Shown in pieces: positions 42,291 to 54,191 of a stretch of DNA of 64,000 bases. The position numbers and the translations under genes are program-made. The stretch spans positions 6,518 through 70,517 of the forward strand of contig CAMATD010000001.1 of assembly GCA_945860785.1 (NCBI GenBank), written 5' to 3'. The notes below the pieces were generated by a model. That model was not told the origin of the DNA, did not search any database, and was given only the letters and a program-made list of their open reading frames with translations. Source of the stretch: Variovorax sp. YR752 (GTDB taxonomy: Bacteria > Pseudomonadota > Gammaproteobacteria > Burkholderiales > Burkholderiaceae_C). The first letter of the stretch is position 1. Each line of letters starts with the position of its first letter.

Positions 42291-42883
42291 CCCGACGCCA
42301 CGCCGAGCGCCAGCGCCTCGGAGGTGCCGATCATCAGGATGCCGAGCAGCATGTTGTTGCAGATCTTCGCGGTCTGGCCCGCACCTGCCGCGCCGGCATG
42401 GAAGATGTTCGCACCCATCTTCTCGAGCACGGGACGGGCTCGCTCCAGGTCGCGCGTCTCGCCGCCGACCATGAAGGTCAGCGTGCCGGCAATCGCGCCG
42501 CCGGTGCCACCCGAGACGGGCGCATCGATCATCGCGATGCCTTTCGCTTCCGCCGCTTCGGCCACCTTGCGCGACGTGGCTGCGGCGATGGTGCTGCTGT
42601 CGATCACGAGCGTGCCGGCCCTGATGCTGTCGAGCAGGGCGGGCTTTCCCGCGCCGCCGAGGAACAGGCCCTCGACGTGCACGCTGGCCGGCAGCATGCT
42701 GATGACGACCTCGGCATCGGCCACGGTCTCTGCAGCCGACTTCGCGATGGGCAGGCCCTCGGCGCCGAACTTCTTGCAGGCGTCGGCAGAGAGGTCGAAG
42801 GCGCTGAGCGTGTGGCCGGCCTTGAGCAGGTTCAGGGCCATCGGGCCGCCCATGTTGCCGAGGCCGATGAATGCGATCTTCAT
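42290..42883 (-). pseudogene. mmsB: 3-hydroxyisobutyrate dehydrogenase, 3'-truncated
   Basis: FIGLGNMGGPMA, DAPVSGG and AKICNNMLL; similarity ends at EALALGVASG, about 200 aa of a roughly 300-aa enzyme. Confidence 0.85.
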
Positions 42884-42914
42884 GTGTTGTCTCCGTTGTC
42901 TTTGATGAAGGGGG

Positions 42915-44030
42915 TCAGACCAGCGATGCGAGTGCGGCCGGCATCTCGCCGCGCGGTCGCAGGTGGTCTTCGATGAAGGCGGGCGTGATCTCTTCGATCG
43001 TGGCGGGGTTCCAGCACGGGTTACGGTCCTTGTCGATCAGCACCACGCGGATGCCCTCGGCAAAGTCCTTGTGCGCGCAGAAGCCCAGCGAGGCCCAGTA
43101 TTCGAGGCGGAACACCTCGGCCAGCGACATGCGGTGCACGCGCTGCCAGAGTTCGAAGCTCAGGGCAGCGGAACTGGGTGCGCCCTTCACGAAGGTCTTG
43201 GACGCGGATTGCAGCCAAGCATCGTCGCTCTGCTGATCGCGCAGGCGGTTGGCGATGTCGAGCAGGTCGTCGCCGGCCATCAGTGCGTTGATGGTGTCGT
43301 AGTGCTCGTGCACCTTCGAAGCAGGCATCTCCGCGCCCTCGCCGGCCTTCGCGAGGATGCGCGAGAGCGTGGCACGGTCGGCCTTGTTTTCGCCGGCCCA
43401 TGAGGCAGCACCGATGACTTCGAGCACCTGGCCCTTGCGCTCCTGCGGCACCAGCACATCGGCCAGCCCGCAGAAGATCGCATCGGCCGCATTTAGGTTC
43501 GCCGCCGTGAGTGCCAGGAACAGGCCGGTGCGCCCCGGCGTGCGGCGCAGGAACCAGCTTCCGCCCACATCGGGGTAGAGGCCGATGCTGATCTCGGGCA
43601 TGGCGATGCGGCTTTGCGCCGTGACCACGCGGTGCGAGCAGCCCGACATCAGGCCCACGCCACCGCCCATCACGATGCCGTGACCCCAGCACAGGAAGGG
43701 CTTGGGAAAGGTGTGGATCAGGTAGTCGAGCTCGTACTCTTCGCGGAAGAAGTCTTCGGCGTAGGTGTTACGCGCGGGGCCGCATTCGAGCAGCGTCTGG
43801 TAGAGCTGGCGCAGGTCGCCGCCCGCGCAGAAGGCCTTTTCGCCGGCAGCCTGCATCAGCACGCCGACGATGCTGTCGTCTTTCGCCCATTCGCGCAGCT
43901 TGGGCGTGAGCAGGCGCACCATGTCCACCGACAGCGCGTTGAGCGAGACCGGTGCATTGAGCGTGGCAACGCCGAAGCGCTGGCCGCCGGCGGTCTTGAT
44001 TTCGTCGAAGAGAACTACGGAGTCGGTCAT
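42915..44030 (-). CDS. Enoyl-CoA hydratase family, 3-hydroxyisobutyryl-CoA hydrolase-like
   Basis: AFCAGGDL, GIVMGGGVGL, MPEISIGLYPDVG and DFAEGIR..LIDKD. Confidence 0.9.
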   Translation of the reverse strand: MTDSVVLFDEIKTAGGQRFGVATLNAPVSLNALSVDMVRLLTPKLREWAKDDSIVGVLMQAAGEKAFCAGGDLRQLYQTLLECGPARNTYAEDFFREEYELDYLIHTFPKPFLCWGHGIVMGGGVGLMSGCSHRVVTAQSRIAMPEISIGLYPDVGGSWFLRRTPGRTGLFLALTAANLNAADAIFCGLADVLVPQERKGQVLEVIGAASWAGENKADRATLSRILAKAGEGAEMPASKVHEHYDTINALMAGDDLLDIANRLRDQQSDDAWLQSASKTFVKGAPSSAALSFELWQRVHRMSLAEVFRLEYWASLGFCAHKDFAEGIRVVLIDKDRNPCWNPATIEEITPAFIEDHLRPRGEMPAALASLV

Positions 44031-44058
44031 TGTCTTGAGAGGTTCTGGATGCAGGGCT

Positions 44059-45213
44059 TCAGCGGATATCGCTGTCCCCTTCCAGCAATTTTCGCGCAAC
44101 GATGACACGCATGATTTCGTTGGTGCCTTCGAGGATCTGGTGCACGCGGGTATCGCGCACCAGACGCTCCAGCGGGAACTCGCTCAGGTAGCCGTAGCCG
44201 CCGTGCAGTTGCAGCGCGTCGTTGCAGATGTTGAAGCCCGCATCGGTTGCGAAGCGCTTGGCCATTGTGCAATAAGTGCTGGCGTCGGCATGGCCTGCGT
44301 CCAGCTTCGATGCAGCCAGCCGCACCATCTGCCGCGCCGCGACCAATTCGGTCGCCATGTCGGCCAGCTTGAACTGCAGCGCCTGGAAGCTCGCGAGCGG
44401 CTTGCCGAACTGCTGGCGCTCGTGCAGGTAGCGGCGCGCCGCGTCGAGCGCGCCCTGCGCCGCGCCCACCGAACAGGTCGCAATGTTGATGCGCCCGCCG
44501 TCGAGCCCCTTCATGGCGATGCGAAAGCCCTCGCCTTCCTTGCCCAGGAGGTTCTCCGCTGGGATGCGCACGTTGTCGAAGTTGATGGTGCGCGTGGGCT
44601 GGCTGTTCCAGCCCATCTTGTGTTCCTTCTTGCCGTAGCTCACGCCGGGTGCATCTGCGGGCACCGCGAAGGCCGAGATGCCGCCCGCGCCGCCGCCGCC
44701 CGTGCGCGCCATCAGCACCAGCACGTCGGTCGCGCCCGCGCCGGAGATGAAGGCCTTGCCGCCGTTGATGACGTACTCGTTGCCCTGCAGCTCGGCGCGT
44801 GTCTTGAGCGAGCCCGCATCCGACCCAGCACCCGGCTCGGTGAGGCAGTACGACGCGAGCTTGCGCCCGCTCGTCAGCTCTTCGCCCCATTGCGCAGCCA
44901 CCACGTCGGTCGCCCAGGTGCCGAGCATCCAGGTCGCCATGTTGTGGATCGTGATGAAGGCCGTGGTCGAGGGATCGACCGCGGCCATCTCCTCGAACAC
45001 CAGCGCCGCGTCGAGCCGCGGCAGCCCGAGGCCGCCGACGCGCTCGGGCGCATAGAGCCCGCAGAAGCCCAGCTCGCCGGCCTTGGCGATGGCCTCTTTC
45101 GGAAAGATGGCCTCCGCGTCCCATTGCGCCGCATGGGGCGCGAACTCGGCCTGCGCAAAGTCGCGCGCACTCTGTGCGAAGGCGCGCTGCTCTTCGGAAA
45201 GTTCGAAGTCCAT
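44059..45213 (-). CDS. Acyl-CoA dehydrogenase (isobutyryl-CoA type)
   Basis: SYCLTEPGAGSDA, GSK-type KAFISG and QLHGGYGY...HQILEGTNE. Confidence 0.93.
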   Translation of the reverse strand: MDFELSEEQRAFAQSARDFAQAEFAPHAAQWDAEAIFPKEAIAKAGELGFCGLYAPERVGGLGLPRLDAALVFEEMAAVDPSTTAFITIHNMATWMLGTWATDVVAAQWGEELTSGRKLASYCLTEPGAGSDAGSLKTRAELQGNEYVINGGKAFISGAGATDVLVLMARTGGGGAGGISAFAVPADAPGVSYGKKEHKMGWNSQPTRTINFDNVRIPAENLLGKEGEGFRIAMKGLDGGRINIATCSVGAAQGALDAARRYLHERQQFGKPLASFQALQFKLADMATELVAARQMVRLAASKLDAGHADASTYCTMAKRFATDAGFNICNDALQLHGGYGYLSEFPLERLVRDTRVHQILEGTNEIMRVIVARKLLEGDSDIR

Positions 45214-45225
45214 CCGGCGGACTTC

Positions 45226-46749
<1,524 letters not shown>

Positions 46750-46910
46750 GGGGTTTGTCTCCTGTAATCCTGTGAATACGGTGCCGGCTTGGGCCGGTGC
46801 ATCCCGCATCCTAGCTTTGCAGATTTGCTATGACAATAGACAAATATGCGCCATCGCTTTGCAAAAATGCAGAGCCATCGCCGGGCAACAACCAGGAGGC
46901 ACGCAAGCAC

Positions 46911-47813
46911 ATGGACTGGGACAACCTGCGCTACTTTCTCGAACTCGCGCGCTCGGGCACGCTGATGAGCGCGGCGCGCCGGCTCGAGGTCGACCACACC
47001 ACGGTGGCGCGGCGCATCCAGGCGCTCGAAAAGGAAGTCGGCGCCCCGCTGTTCTCGCGCGAATCGGGCGGTCACCGGCTTACCGAGGCGGGCCGCCGGC
47101 TGCAGCCGCAGGTCGAGGCGATGGAGAGCGCCTTCCAGGCCGTGGAGAGCAACGCGCCGGCCTCGCAGGAGGGCTTGTCGGGCCTGATCCGCATCGGCGC
47201 CACCGAGGGCTTCGGCACGGTGGTGCTGGCGCCGCAGCTCGCGCTCTTCGCGCTGCAGCACCCCAAGCTCACCATCGACCTGCTGGCGATGCCGCGGCTG
47301 GTGCACCTGTCGCGGCGCGAGGCCGACATCGTGATCTCGCTCGAACGGCCGGCGCGCGGGCCGGTGGTGGTGACCAAGCTCACCGACTACACGCTGCGGC
47401 TCTACGCGTCGAAGCAGTACCTGGCCGCGCACAAGCCGATCAAGACGCGCGAAGACCTGCGCGGCCACACCTTCATCAGCTACGTGGACGACCTGCTCTT
47501 CAGCAAGGAGCTGCAGTACCTCGACGAGCTGCACCGCCCCGACGCCTTCGCACTGCGCAGCACCAGTGTGCTCGCGCAGCACCGGGCGGTGGTGGCGGGC
47601 GCGGGGATTGCGGTGCTGCCGGCGTTCGTGGCGGAGCGCGACAGTGCGCTGCGACCGGTGCTGGCGGGGCAGGCGAACTTCACGCGCACTTTCTGGATGT
47701 CGATGCCGGTGGAAACCAAGCATCTGGCACGTATGCAGGCCGTGTGGGAATTTCTGCGTGAAACTGCCACGGCACAGCAGGGGCTTCTCTTGCCTGACAG
47801 CGCCGTGGCATGA
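46911..47813 (+). CDS. LysR regulator divergent from mmsA
   Basis: MDWDNLRYFL...VDHTTVARRI. Confidence 0.92.
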   Translation: MDWDNLRYFLELARSGTLMSAARRLEVDHTTVARRIQALEKEVGAPLFSRESGGHRLTEAGRRLQPQVEAMESAFQAVESNAPASQEGLSGLIRIGATEGFGTVVLAPQLALFALQHPKLTIDLLAMPRLVHLSRREADIVISLERPARGPVVVTKLTDYTLRLYASKQYLAAHKPIKTREDLRGHTFISYVDDLLFSKELQYLDELHRPDAFALRSTSVLAQHRAVVAGAGIAVLPAFVAERDSALRPVLAGQANFTRTFWMSMPVETKHLARMQAVWEFLRETATAQQGLLLPDSAVA

Positions 47814-47832
47814 CACTGATCGAGGTGCGTGC

Positions 47833-48098
47833 GTTCGGGGTGCGTGCACAGGACACCGGGTGCTCCCCTCCGCGAATGTCCCCCGCTTCGCTCCTCCTTT
47901 ATTTCGCTGCGGGGAGCACCCGGTGCCCTGTGCACAGTGGGCGCTGCTGTCGTGCCGGCGGATCAAGCGCTGCGCTGAGCGATCACGCCGGCGGTGTGCT
48001 CTGCGCAGCGAAATAAAGGAGGAGGCATGCGGCCCTAGGCCGCGCCGGGGGACATTCGCGGAGCAGAGCACACCGTCGGCGTGAGCGCTCCCTGAACA
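47833..48098 (-). repeat. Two-module copy of the MITE/REP-like element lacking outer ends
   Basis: Near-identical to 34655-34922 and to the reverse complement of 60313-60576. Confidence 0.88.
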
Positions 48099-48167
48099 TC
48101 AGTCCCCGAAAACGCACAATGCGACGAACAGAAATACAGGGTTTCACTTCAGCACCAAGGAGATCGC

Positions 48168-49334
48168 ATGCCACGTTATCGTCCCGCACGGCTCGAACAC
48201 ATCGCAGGCATCGGCGTCGACCGCATGGGCGCCATCGCGGACGATGCGGACGGCCCGCCCTTTCTTCGGCTCGAGAACCTCGACGTCGACATCCCGCCGG
48301 ACCCCGAAGCCATTGCACGCACCGTGCGTGCGGCCTCCGAAGATGCGGACAACAGCTACCTGCCGTTTGTCGGCCAGTCGCGGTTGCGCGAGGTTGCTGC
48401 GCGGCATGTGTCGGCGCTCTCGGGCGTGGCGTACAACGCGCGCAACTGCGTGATCTCCGCGAGTGGGCTCTCGGGCATCCTCAACGCGCTGCTCGCGACG
48501 GTCGAGGTGGGCGACGAGGTGCTGGTGACAGATCCGACCTACGCCGGCCTGCTCAACCGCATCCGATTGGCCGGCGGAACGCCGAAGTACGTGCCCTTCC
48601 ACTTCATGCCCGGCGGCGAATGGAAGCTCGACCGCAATGCGCTGCAAACCGCCATCGGGCCGCGCGTGCGTGTGATGCTGCTGATGTCGCCTTCGATGCC
48701 GACGGGTGGCTACTTCGACGAAGACGACTAGCGTGCCATTTGCGCGTTGTGCGTGCAGCACGACCTGACGCTCATCCTCGACACGGCCATGGAGCGACTG
48801 CTGTACGACGGCCGCCAGGTGATCCACCCCGCCGGCCTCCCCGGCATGGCCGAACGCACGATCACTGTCGGTTCGTCGGCCAAGGAACTGCGCATGATCG
48901 GCTGGCGCGTGGGCTGGACCGTCGCACCCGAAGCCTATATGCCGGACCTGGTGGCCGTGTCGCTCGCCAACGTGGTGGTGCCGGTGGGCATCGCGCAGGA
49001 CGCGGTGGCGACGGCGCTCGAACAATCGGTGCACACGCTAACGCCCTATGTGAGCGAGCTGCAGCGCCGGCGCGACACGGTGCTCGACGAACTCAAGGGC
49101 CTGCCGGTGGGCGTTCCGGCCGGCGGCTGGTCGCTGCTGCTGCGCACGAGCGATTTCGGCATCGACGGGCAGACGCTGTCGCGGCGCCTGCTGTCGCATC
49201 GCGTCTGCGCCACGGCAATGCAAGGCTGGGGCGAGACGCATGACGCGCAATATCTGCGCTTTGTGTTTTCCAATGAGCCGGTCGAGCGGCTGCGCGGGTT
49301 GGGAAACAAGGTACGGGCTGCGCTAGGCGCCTGA
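48168..49334 (+). pseudogene. Class I/II PLP aminotransferase, TAG at 48729-48731
   Basis: DPTYAG, SPSMPTG and GSSAKELRMIGWRVGW; DEDD*RAI, frame continues. Confidence 0.88.
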
Positions 49335-49338
49335 GCAC

Positions 49339-50418
49339 TCAAGAGAAGAGGCGCTTCAGAAATCCAGGCTTTGCCGCAGGCGCCGCGGCTTTTTTCAGCA
49401 GTTCGATCAGCCCTTCCACGCGCGGCTTCTTGAGCCTGCGCGCGTAGTCGATGTAGGTTTCTTCCTTGTCCATCCTGTAGAGCCGCGGCGGCATCGGCAG
49501 GCCTTGCACCGCGCCCAGCAACACGCGCAGTGCATCGAGCTGGTTCATGCGAATGGCGCTCGTGATCGCGGTCTCGCCGAACGACGGAATGATCTCGTTG
49601 GGCTGTGCGAGCCCCGCACCGAGCAGGGCCTTGATCGCCGCCACATCGCCTTCGACAGCCGCCGCCACATCGCCTTCGACAGCCGCCGCCCCCAACGCCG
49701 CGAGCGCCGCCGACTTTGCGGGCGAGAGACTCGCCTTGTAGGCATCGCTGCGCTTGTCGTCTTCGTCGCGCGCGTCGCCGCCTTCCATGACCATGAAGTC
49801 GGTCACCAGCGCCACGGGTTCGCCCGCAGCGTCGAGCGCCCAGAAGCTCGGGTAGCTGCCGTCGCCCCAGCCCGAGCGGAAGATCACCATGTTGCTCGCC
49901 GAGCCGGGCCCGAGCGGGTAGTGGTCGACGACGTTGGCGTCGCCCATCTCGCCCTCGAGCACGTCGTCGTAGTAGCTGACGAAGTCGGGGGTGGCGGCTT
50001 CGCGCTTGTCGCGCTCTGCCATGGCGGCTGCAGCGTCGGGGTCCATGAAGCAGCCGACGCCTGCGTCGACCGGGTAGCCGTAGAACTCGTCGTCGCCCAG
50101 CGTTTCGAGCGACTCCCCTTCGATCAGCGCCATCTGCCAGTTCAGATCGGCGACGCGCACGTTGCTGCGGTCACGCAGCCACAGCACCGCCAGCGCATGC
50201 CGGCCCTTGTCGTGCAGCACTTCGACGGGGAACGCGCCGCGCGCCTGCAGCTCGCGCGCGAAGGGTTGGCGCTCGGGCTGCACCAGCGGGTCGCAGGCCA
50301 CGACACGCCCGCTCGTGATCTGCAACGGGCCGCAGGACAGCCGCGCCAGGTGCCGTGCGCGCAGCGCATCGTCGTCGAGGAAAACGGCCTGGAGGTTGTC
50401 GATGTCGAGGTAGGGCAT
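49339..50418 (-). CDS. DUF4241-domain protein with ankyrin-like C-terminus
   Basis: SGRVVACDPL, GYPVDAGVGCFMD and SGWGDGSYPSFW; tail AAVEGDV...GETAITSA. Confidence 0.8.
   Translation of the reverse strand: MPYLDIDNLQAVFLDDDALRARHLARLSCGPLQITSGRVVACDPLVQPERQPFARELQARGAFPVEVLHDKGRHALAVLWLRDRSNVRVADLNWQMALIEGESLETLGDDEFYGYPVDAGVGCFMDPDAAAAMAERDKREAATPDFVSYYDDVLEGEMGDANVVDHYPLGPGSASNMVIFRSGWGDGSYPSFWALDAAGEPVALVTDFMVMEGGDARDEDDKRSDAYKASLSPAKSAALAALGAAAVEGDVAAAVEGDVAAIKALLGAGLAQPNEIIPSFGETAITSAIRMNQLDALRVLLGAVQGLPMPPRLYRMDKEETYIDYARRLKKPRVEGLIELLKKAAAPAAKPGFLKRLFS
49637..49690. repeat. Perfect 24-bp in-frame tandem duplication
   Basis: gccgccacatcgccttcgacagcc x2, giving AAVEGDVA twice. Confidence 0.9.
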
Positions 50419-50430
50419 CGGCCTAGTTTC

Positions 50431-51825
50431 TCACTTCGCCGTGTCAGCCGGCCACACCGGCGGATGGCTGCCCGGCGGCATCGAAGGACGCGCCCAGGCG
50501 GCGGGCGTTCGCGACAGCTGCGCACTGTGGCGTAGCGCGGCCAGTTCGCCGAAACCGGAGGCCGAGGTCTCGACGTACGGCTTGAGGTCGGGCCTTGCAA
50601 TCGACAAGCCGCCGGGCACGCGACCGAGGCCGCGCAGCCAATGCCCCGTCTGCGCCAGCGATACCCGCACATGCCAGCTGCCGCCCTCCTGCCGCTGGCG
50701 CCACAACGCGGCGGCGGCACCGAATGCGATCAGGTAGCCGGTGGCCTCGTCGAGGATCTGCATGGGCAGCGGCTTCGGCTTGCCGTCGCCGGCGGCCTCG
50801 CCTTCAGCATGGTTGCAGCCCATTGCAGTCTGCACGAGCGAATCGAAACCGCGGCGATGGGCCCACAGGCCCTGGGTGCCGTAGGCCGTCAGCGACACGC
50901 ACACGATGCCCGGCCGCAGCTGCGCCAGTTCCGCCGGCCCGAAGCCCAACGATGCGATGCCGCCGGGCCGGTAGCCTTGCACGAAGACATGCGCCTGCGC
51001 GGCGAGCTGCCGCAGCGCGGCACGGCCCTCGTCGGTGCGAAGGTCCGCATGCGTCGACAGCTTGCCGCGGCTGGTATCGGCAATGGATTCGATGTTCGGC
51101 AGGTTCGGCGAATTGACGAGCATCACGTCGGCGCCATACGCCGCCAGCGCGCGGCCACCCACGGGCCCTGCGAGGCTGCGCGTCAGGTCGAGCACGCGCA
51201 CGCCGGTGAGTGGCCGCTGGTCTTCGCGCAGCGGCGACAGCGCGAGCGGCGGCGCGTCGCCGATGCGTTCGATGGTGAAGAGCGGTTGCGCCGCAATGGC
51301 CTGCCCTTGCGGCGTGGCATCCCATTCGTCGAAACGACGCAGCGCGGTTGCCACCAGCCCCTGCGCTGCGGCGGCATCCTCAAAATCGCGGGTGTGCCAC
51401 GTCGCCATGACCGCCTCGGCTTGGGCGCGCGTGGCGGTGGCCGGAGCTAGCTTCATCAACCGCAACGCCCCGTCGCGGTGGTGCGCGAAGTTGGCGTGAA
51501 TGCGCACCCAGCCATCGGCGCAGCGGTACAGCCCCGAGAAGGTGTCCCACAGGTCGGGCACGCGCCCCTCGAGGCTGAACCAGCCGGTGCAGTCGAGCGC
51601 CGCATGCTGCATGTCGACGCCGACCTGCTGGCGCGCCGAACCTCGCAGGTGCCCGAGTTCGCAGGCAGCCAGCGCCGCTGCGGCGATGGTGCTCTGTGCC
51701 GCCACGCCGACCGCAAAGGACGACGGCAGCACCGGGTCGGTGCCCGTGAGCCGTGCAAACGGCAAGGCTTCTGCAGGCAGGCCTGCCTGCCGCCAGATGC
51801 CGCCCAGAACTTCGCTTGCATTCAT
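50431..51825 (-). CDS. CaiB/BaiF family III CoA-transferase
   Basis: GVRVLDLTR.LAGP, FVQGYRPG and RRGFDSLVQ. Confidence 0.88.
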   Translation of the reverse strand: MNASEVLGGIWRQAGLPAEALPFARLTGTDPVLPSSFAVGVAAQSTIAAAALAACELGHLRGSARQQVGVDMQHAALDCTGWFSLEGRVPDLWDTFSGLYRCADGWVRIHANFAHHRDGALRLMKLAPATATRAQAEAVMATWHTRDFEDAAAAQGLVATALRRFDEWDATPQGQAIAAQPLFTIERIGDAPPLALSPLREDQRPLTGVRVLDLTRSLAGPVGGRALAAYGADVMLVNSPNLPNIESIADTSRGKLSTHADLRTDEGRAALRQLAAQAHVFVQGYRPGGIASLGFGPAELAQLRPGIVCVSLTAYGTQGLWAHRRGFDSLVQTAMGCNHAEGEAAGDGKPKPLPMQILDEATGYLIAFGAAAALWRQRQEGGSWHVRVSLAQTGHWLRGLGRVPGGLSIARPDLKPYVETSASGFGELAALRHSAQLSRTPAAWARPSMPPGSHPPVWPADTAK

Positions 51826-51842
51826 TCCTGTGTGCTCCAAAG

Positions 51843-51877
51843 AAAAGGGCAGGGCCCGCTCTCGCGGCCCTGCCCTT
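51843..51877 (-). terminator. Intrinsic terminator of scoAB
   Basis: aagggcagggcc...ggccctgccctt stem followed by a T-tract on the minus strand. Confidence 0.75.
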
Positions 51878-51902
51878 CGTTGTCGTTGCGTTCGCTGCCC
51901 TG

Positions 51903-52541
51903 TTACTGGATCAGCTTGGCGCCGGTCTTGGCCTGCAGCGCATCGAAGCTCACGCCGGGTGCAAGCTCGATCACCTTCAGGCCTTCAGGCACCACGTCCA
52001 TCACGGCCAGGTCGGTGATGATGCGGTCGACCACGCCCACGCCGGTCAGCGGCAGGCTGCACTTCTCGAGGATCTTGAGGTCCTCGGTGCCGTCCTTCTT
52101 CTTCGCGACATGCTCCATCAGCACGATCACGCGCTTCACGCCGGCCACGAGGTCCATCGCGCCGCCCATGCCCTTGACCATCTTGCCGGGGATCATCCAG
52201 TTCGCGAGGTCGCCCTTCACGCTGACCTGCATCGCGCCGAGGATCGAGAGGTTGATCTTGCCGCCGCGGATCATCGCGAAGCTGTCGTGGCTGCCGAAGA
52301 TCGCCGAGCCGGGGATGGTGGTCACGGTCTGCTTGCCGGCGTTGATCAGGTCGGCGTCGACGTTGTCTTCGGTCGGGAACGGGCCGATGCCGAGCATGCC
52401 GTTCTCGCTCTGCAGCCAGACTTCCTTGGTGCCGGTGTGGTTGGCCACCAGCGTCGGGATGCCGATGCCGAGGTTGACGTAGAAGCCGTCTTCGAGTTCT
52501 TGCGCGGCACGGGCCGCCATCTGGTCTTGGGTCCAGGGCAT
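51903..52541 (-). CDS. scoB: 3-oxoacid CoA-transferase subunit B
   Basis: [15 protein letters not shown] and GMGGAMDLV. Confidence 0.93.
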   Translation of the reverse strand: MPWTQDQMAARAAQELEDGFYVNLGIGIPTLVANHTGTKEVWLQSENGMLGIGPFPTEDNVDADLINAGKQTVTTIPGSAIFGSHDSFAMIRGGKINLSILGAMQVSVKGDLANWMIPGKMVKGMGGAMDLVAGVKRVIVLMEHVAKKKDGTEDLKILEKCSLPLTGVGVVDRIITDLAVMDVVPEGLKVIELAPGVSFDALQAKTGAKLIQ

Positions 52542-52542
52542 C

Positions 52543-53346
52543 TCAGGCTCCTTCTTTCTTGTTGATGACGACCCTGGCGGGCAACTCGCTGCCGGCAGCG
52601 GCCTGGGCGATGGCGGTCTGGGCCTCCACCTTGGCGGCGGCGGCATCGACCGATGCGCTCACGGTGCGCTTCTCGATGCGCTTCTCGGGCGTGGCGTTGA
52701 GCACGATGCGGTGCACGTAGATGCCCGGCAGGTGGATATCGTCGGGCGCCAGCTCGCCCACTTCGACGATCTTCTCGACCTCGACGACGCAGATCTTGCC
52801 GGCCATGGCGGCGGCCGGGTTGAAGTTGCGCGCCGTGAGACGAAAGCGCAGGTTGCCCGACTTGTCGGCCACGTCGGCCTTCACCAGCGCCACGTCGGGC
52901 ACCAGCGAGCGTTCCATGACGTAGGTTTCGCCGTCGAACTCGCGCAGCTCCTTGCCTTCGGCCACTTGCGTGCCCACGCCGGTCTTGGTGAAGAAGGCCG
53001 GAATGCCGGCGCCGCCCGCGCGCAGCTTTTCAGCGAGCGTGCCCTGGGGGGTGAATTCGAGCTGCAGTTCGCCCGCGAGGTACTGGCGCTCGAACTCCTT
53101 GTTCTCGCCCACGTACGACGCGATCATCTTCTTGATCTGGCGCGTCTCCAGCAGCTTGCCGAGGCCGAAGCCGTCGACGCCCGCGTTGTTCGAGATGACG
53201 GTGAGGTTCTGCACGGCGGAGTCCTTCAGCGCCTCGATCAGCGCTTCTGGAATGCCGCACAGGCCGAAGCCGCCGACCGCGAGCGTCTGCCCGTCGGCCA
53301 CGACCCCCTTGAGTGCCGCGTCTGCGGAGGGATAAATCTTGTTCAC
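52543..53346 (-). CDS. scoA: 3-oxoacid CoA-transferase subunit A
   Basis: [19 protein letters not shown] and [13 protein letters not shown]; GTG start with GGAG RBS. Confidence 0.93.
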   Translation of the reverse strand: MNKIYPSADAALKGVVADGQTLAVGGFGLCGIPEALIEALKDSAVQNLTVISNNAGVDGFGLGKLLETRQIKKMIASYVGENKEFERQYLAGELQLEFTPQGTLAEKLRAGGAGIPAFFTKTGVGTQVAEGKELREFDGETYVMERSLVPDVALVKADVADKSGNLRFRLTARNFNPAAAMAGKICVVEVEKIVEVGELAPDDIHLPGIYVHRIVLNATPEKRIEKRTVSASVDAAAAKVEAQTAIAQAAAGSELPARVVINKKEGA

Positions 53347-53442
53347 TCGGGCTCCTTGATGGATGGGTGGAGAGTGGGTGGGAAAGAGCCTTGAACGATA
53401 CTACGTACTCGCATACGTAGTATTTCGTAATGGTGACCCCCG

Positions 53443-54009
53443 ATGCCCGAGATCGATTACCGGCTGGCTTTTGAGCATGCGCCCGTCGGCATGGTGGTGT
53501 CGAGCAACCGCACCATCGTGGCCTGCAACGAGCGCGTGTGCGAGATCTTCGGCGCAACGCCCTCCGCACTGGTCGGGCATTCGTTCAGCATCCTGTACCC
53601 GAGCGTGGCCGAATTCGAGCGCATCGGCAAGCGCATGGAGCCCTTCCTGAACGCCAACGGCAACTATGCCGACAACCGCATGATGAAGCGGCTCGGGGGC
53701 CTGCACGGCGCCATGGCCGGCGAGACCTTCTGGTGCCACGTGACGGGCCACGCGATGAACCGCGCCGCGCCGCACGAGGCCGGCATCTGGACCTTCGAGG
53801 ACCTGGGCTCGCGCCGCGCGGTGAAGGCCGAACTCACGCCGCGCGAGCGCGAGGTGGCGGCGCAGGTGATGCGCGGCCTGACCTCGAAGGAGATCGGCAA
53901 GGCGCTGGGCATCAGCCACCGCACGGTGGAACTGCATCGGGCGCGGCTGATGCGCAAGTACGCGGCGGCGACCACGGCGGAGCTGGTTCAGAAGCTCATC
54001 GCGGGCTAA
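53443..54009 (+). CDS. PAS + LuxR-type HTH regulator
   Basis: AFEHAPVGM...CNERVCEIFG PAS; LTPREREV...SKEIGKALGISHRTVE. Confidence 0.9.
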   Translation: MPEIDYRLAFEHAPVGMVVSSNRTIVACNERVCEIFGATPSALVGHSFSILYPSVAEFERIGKRMEPFLNANGNYADNRMMKRLGGLHGAMAGETFWCHVTGHAMNRAAPHEAGIWTFEDLGSRRAVKAELTPREREVAAQVMRGLTSKEIGKALGISHRTVELHRARLMRKYAAATTAELVQKLIAG

Positions 54010-54191
54010 GGCGCTGTCTCCAGAATAGCGCTCTGCTTCTTCGCGCTTTCTTTTTTCATGTTTCGTCTGTAATCCGCGCCCGCTTCATCTGCATCGGAAT
54101 CATCGCCGGCGCAATTCGCGCGGAACGCATGGCGTCGAGAGTACGGGACATCGACCTCCCCATCCCATCTCGACACAAGGAACCAGACACC

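Noticed and set aside
41364-42905. Novel 513-aa LysR fusion protein
   Set aside because: The C-terminal 200 aa are the antisense of mmsB, produced by loss of the stop codon.
54007-54030. Possible further element terminus after the LuxR stop (TAA GGCGCTGTCTCCAGAAT)
   Set aside because: Too little similarity (lacks ACGATCT) and no internal module follows.
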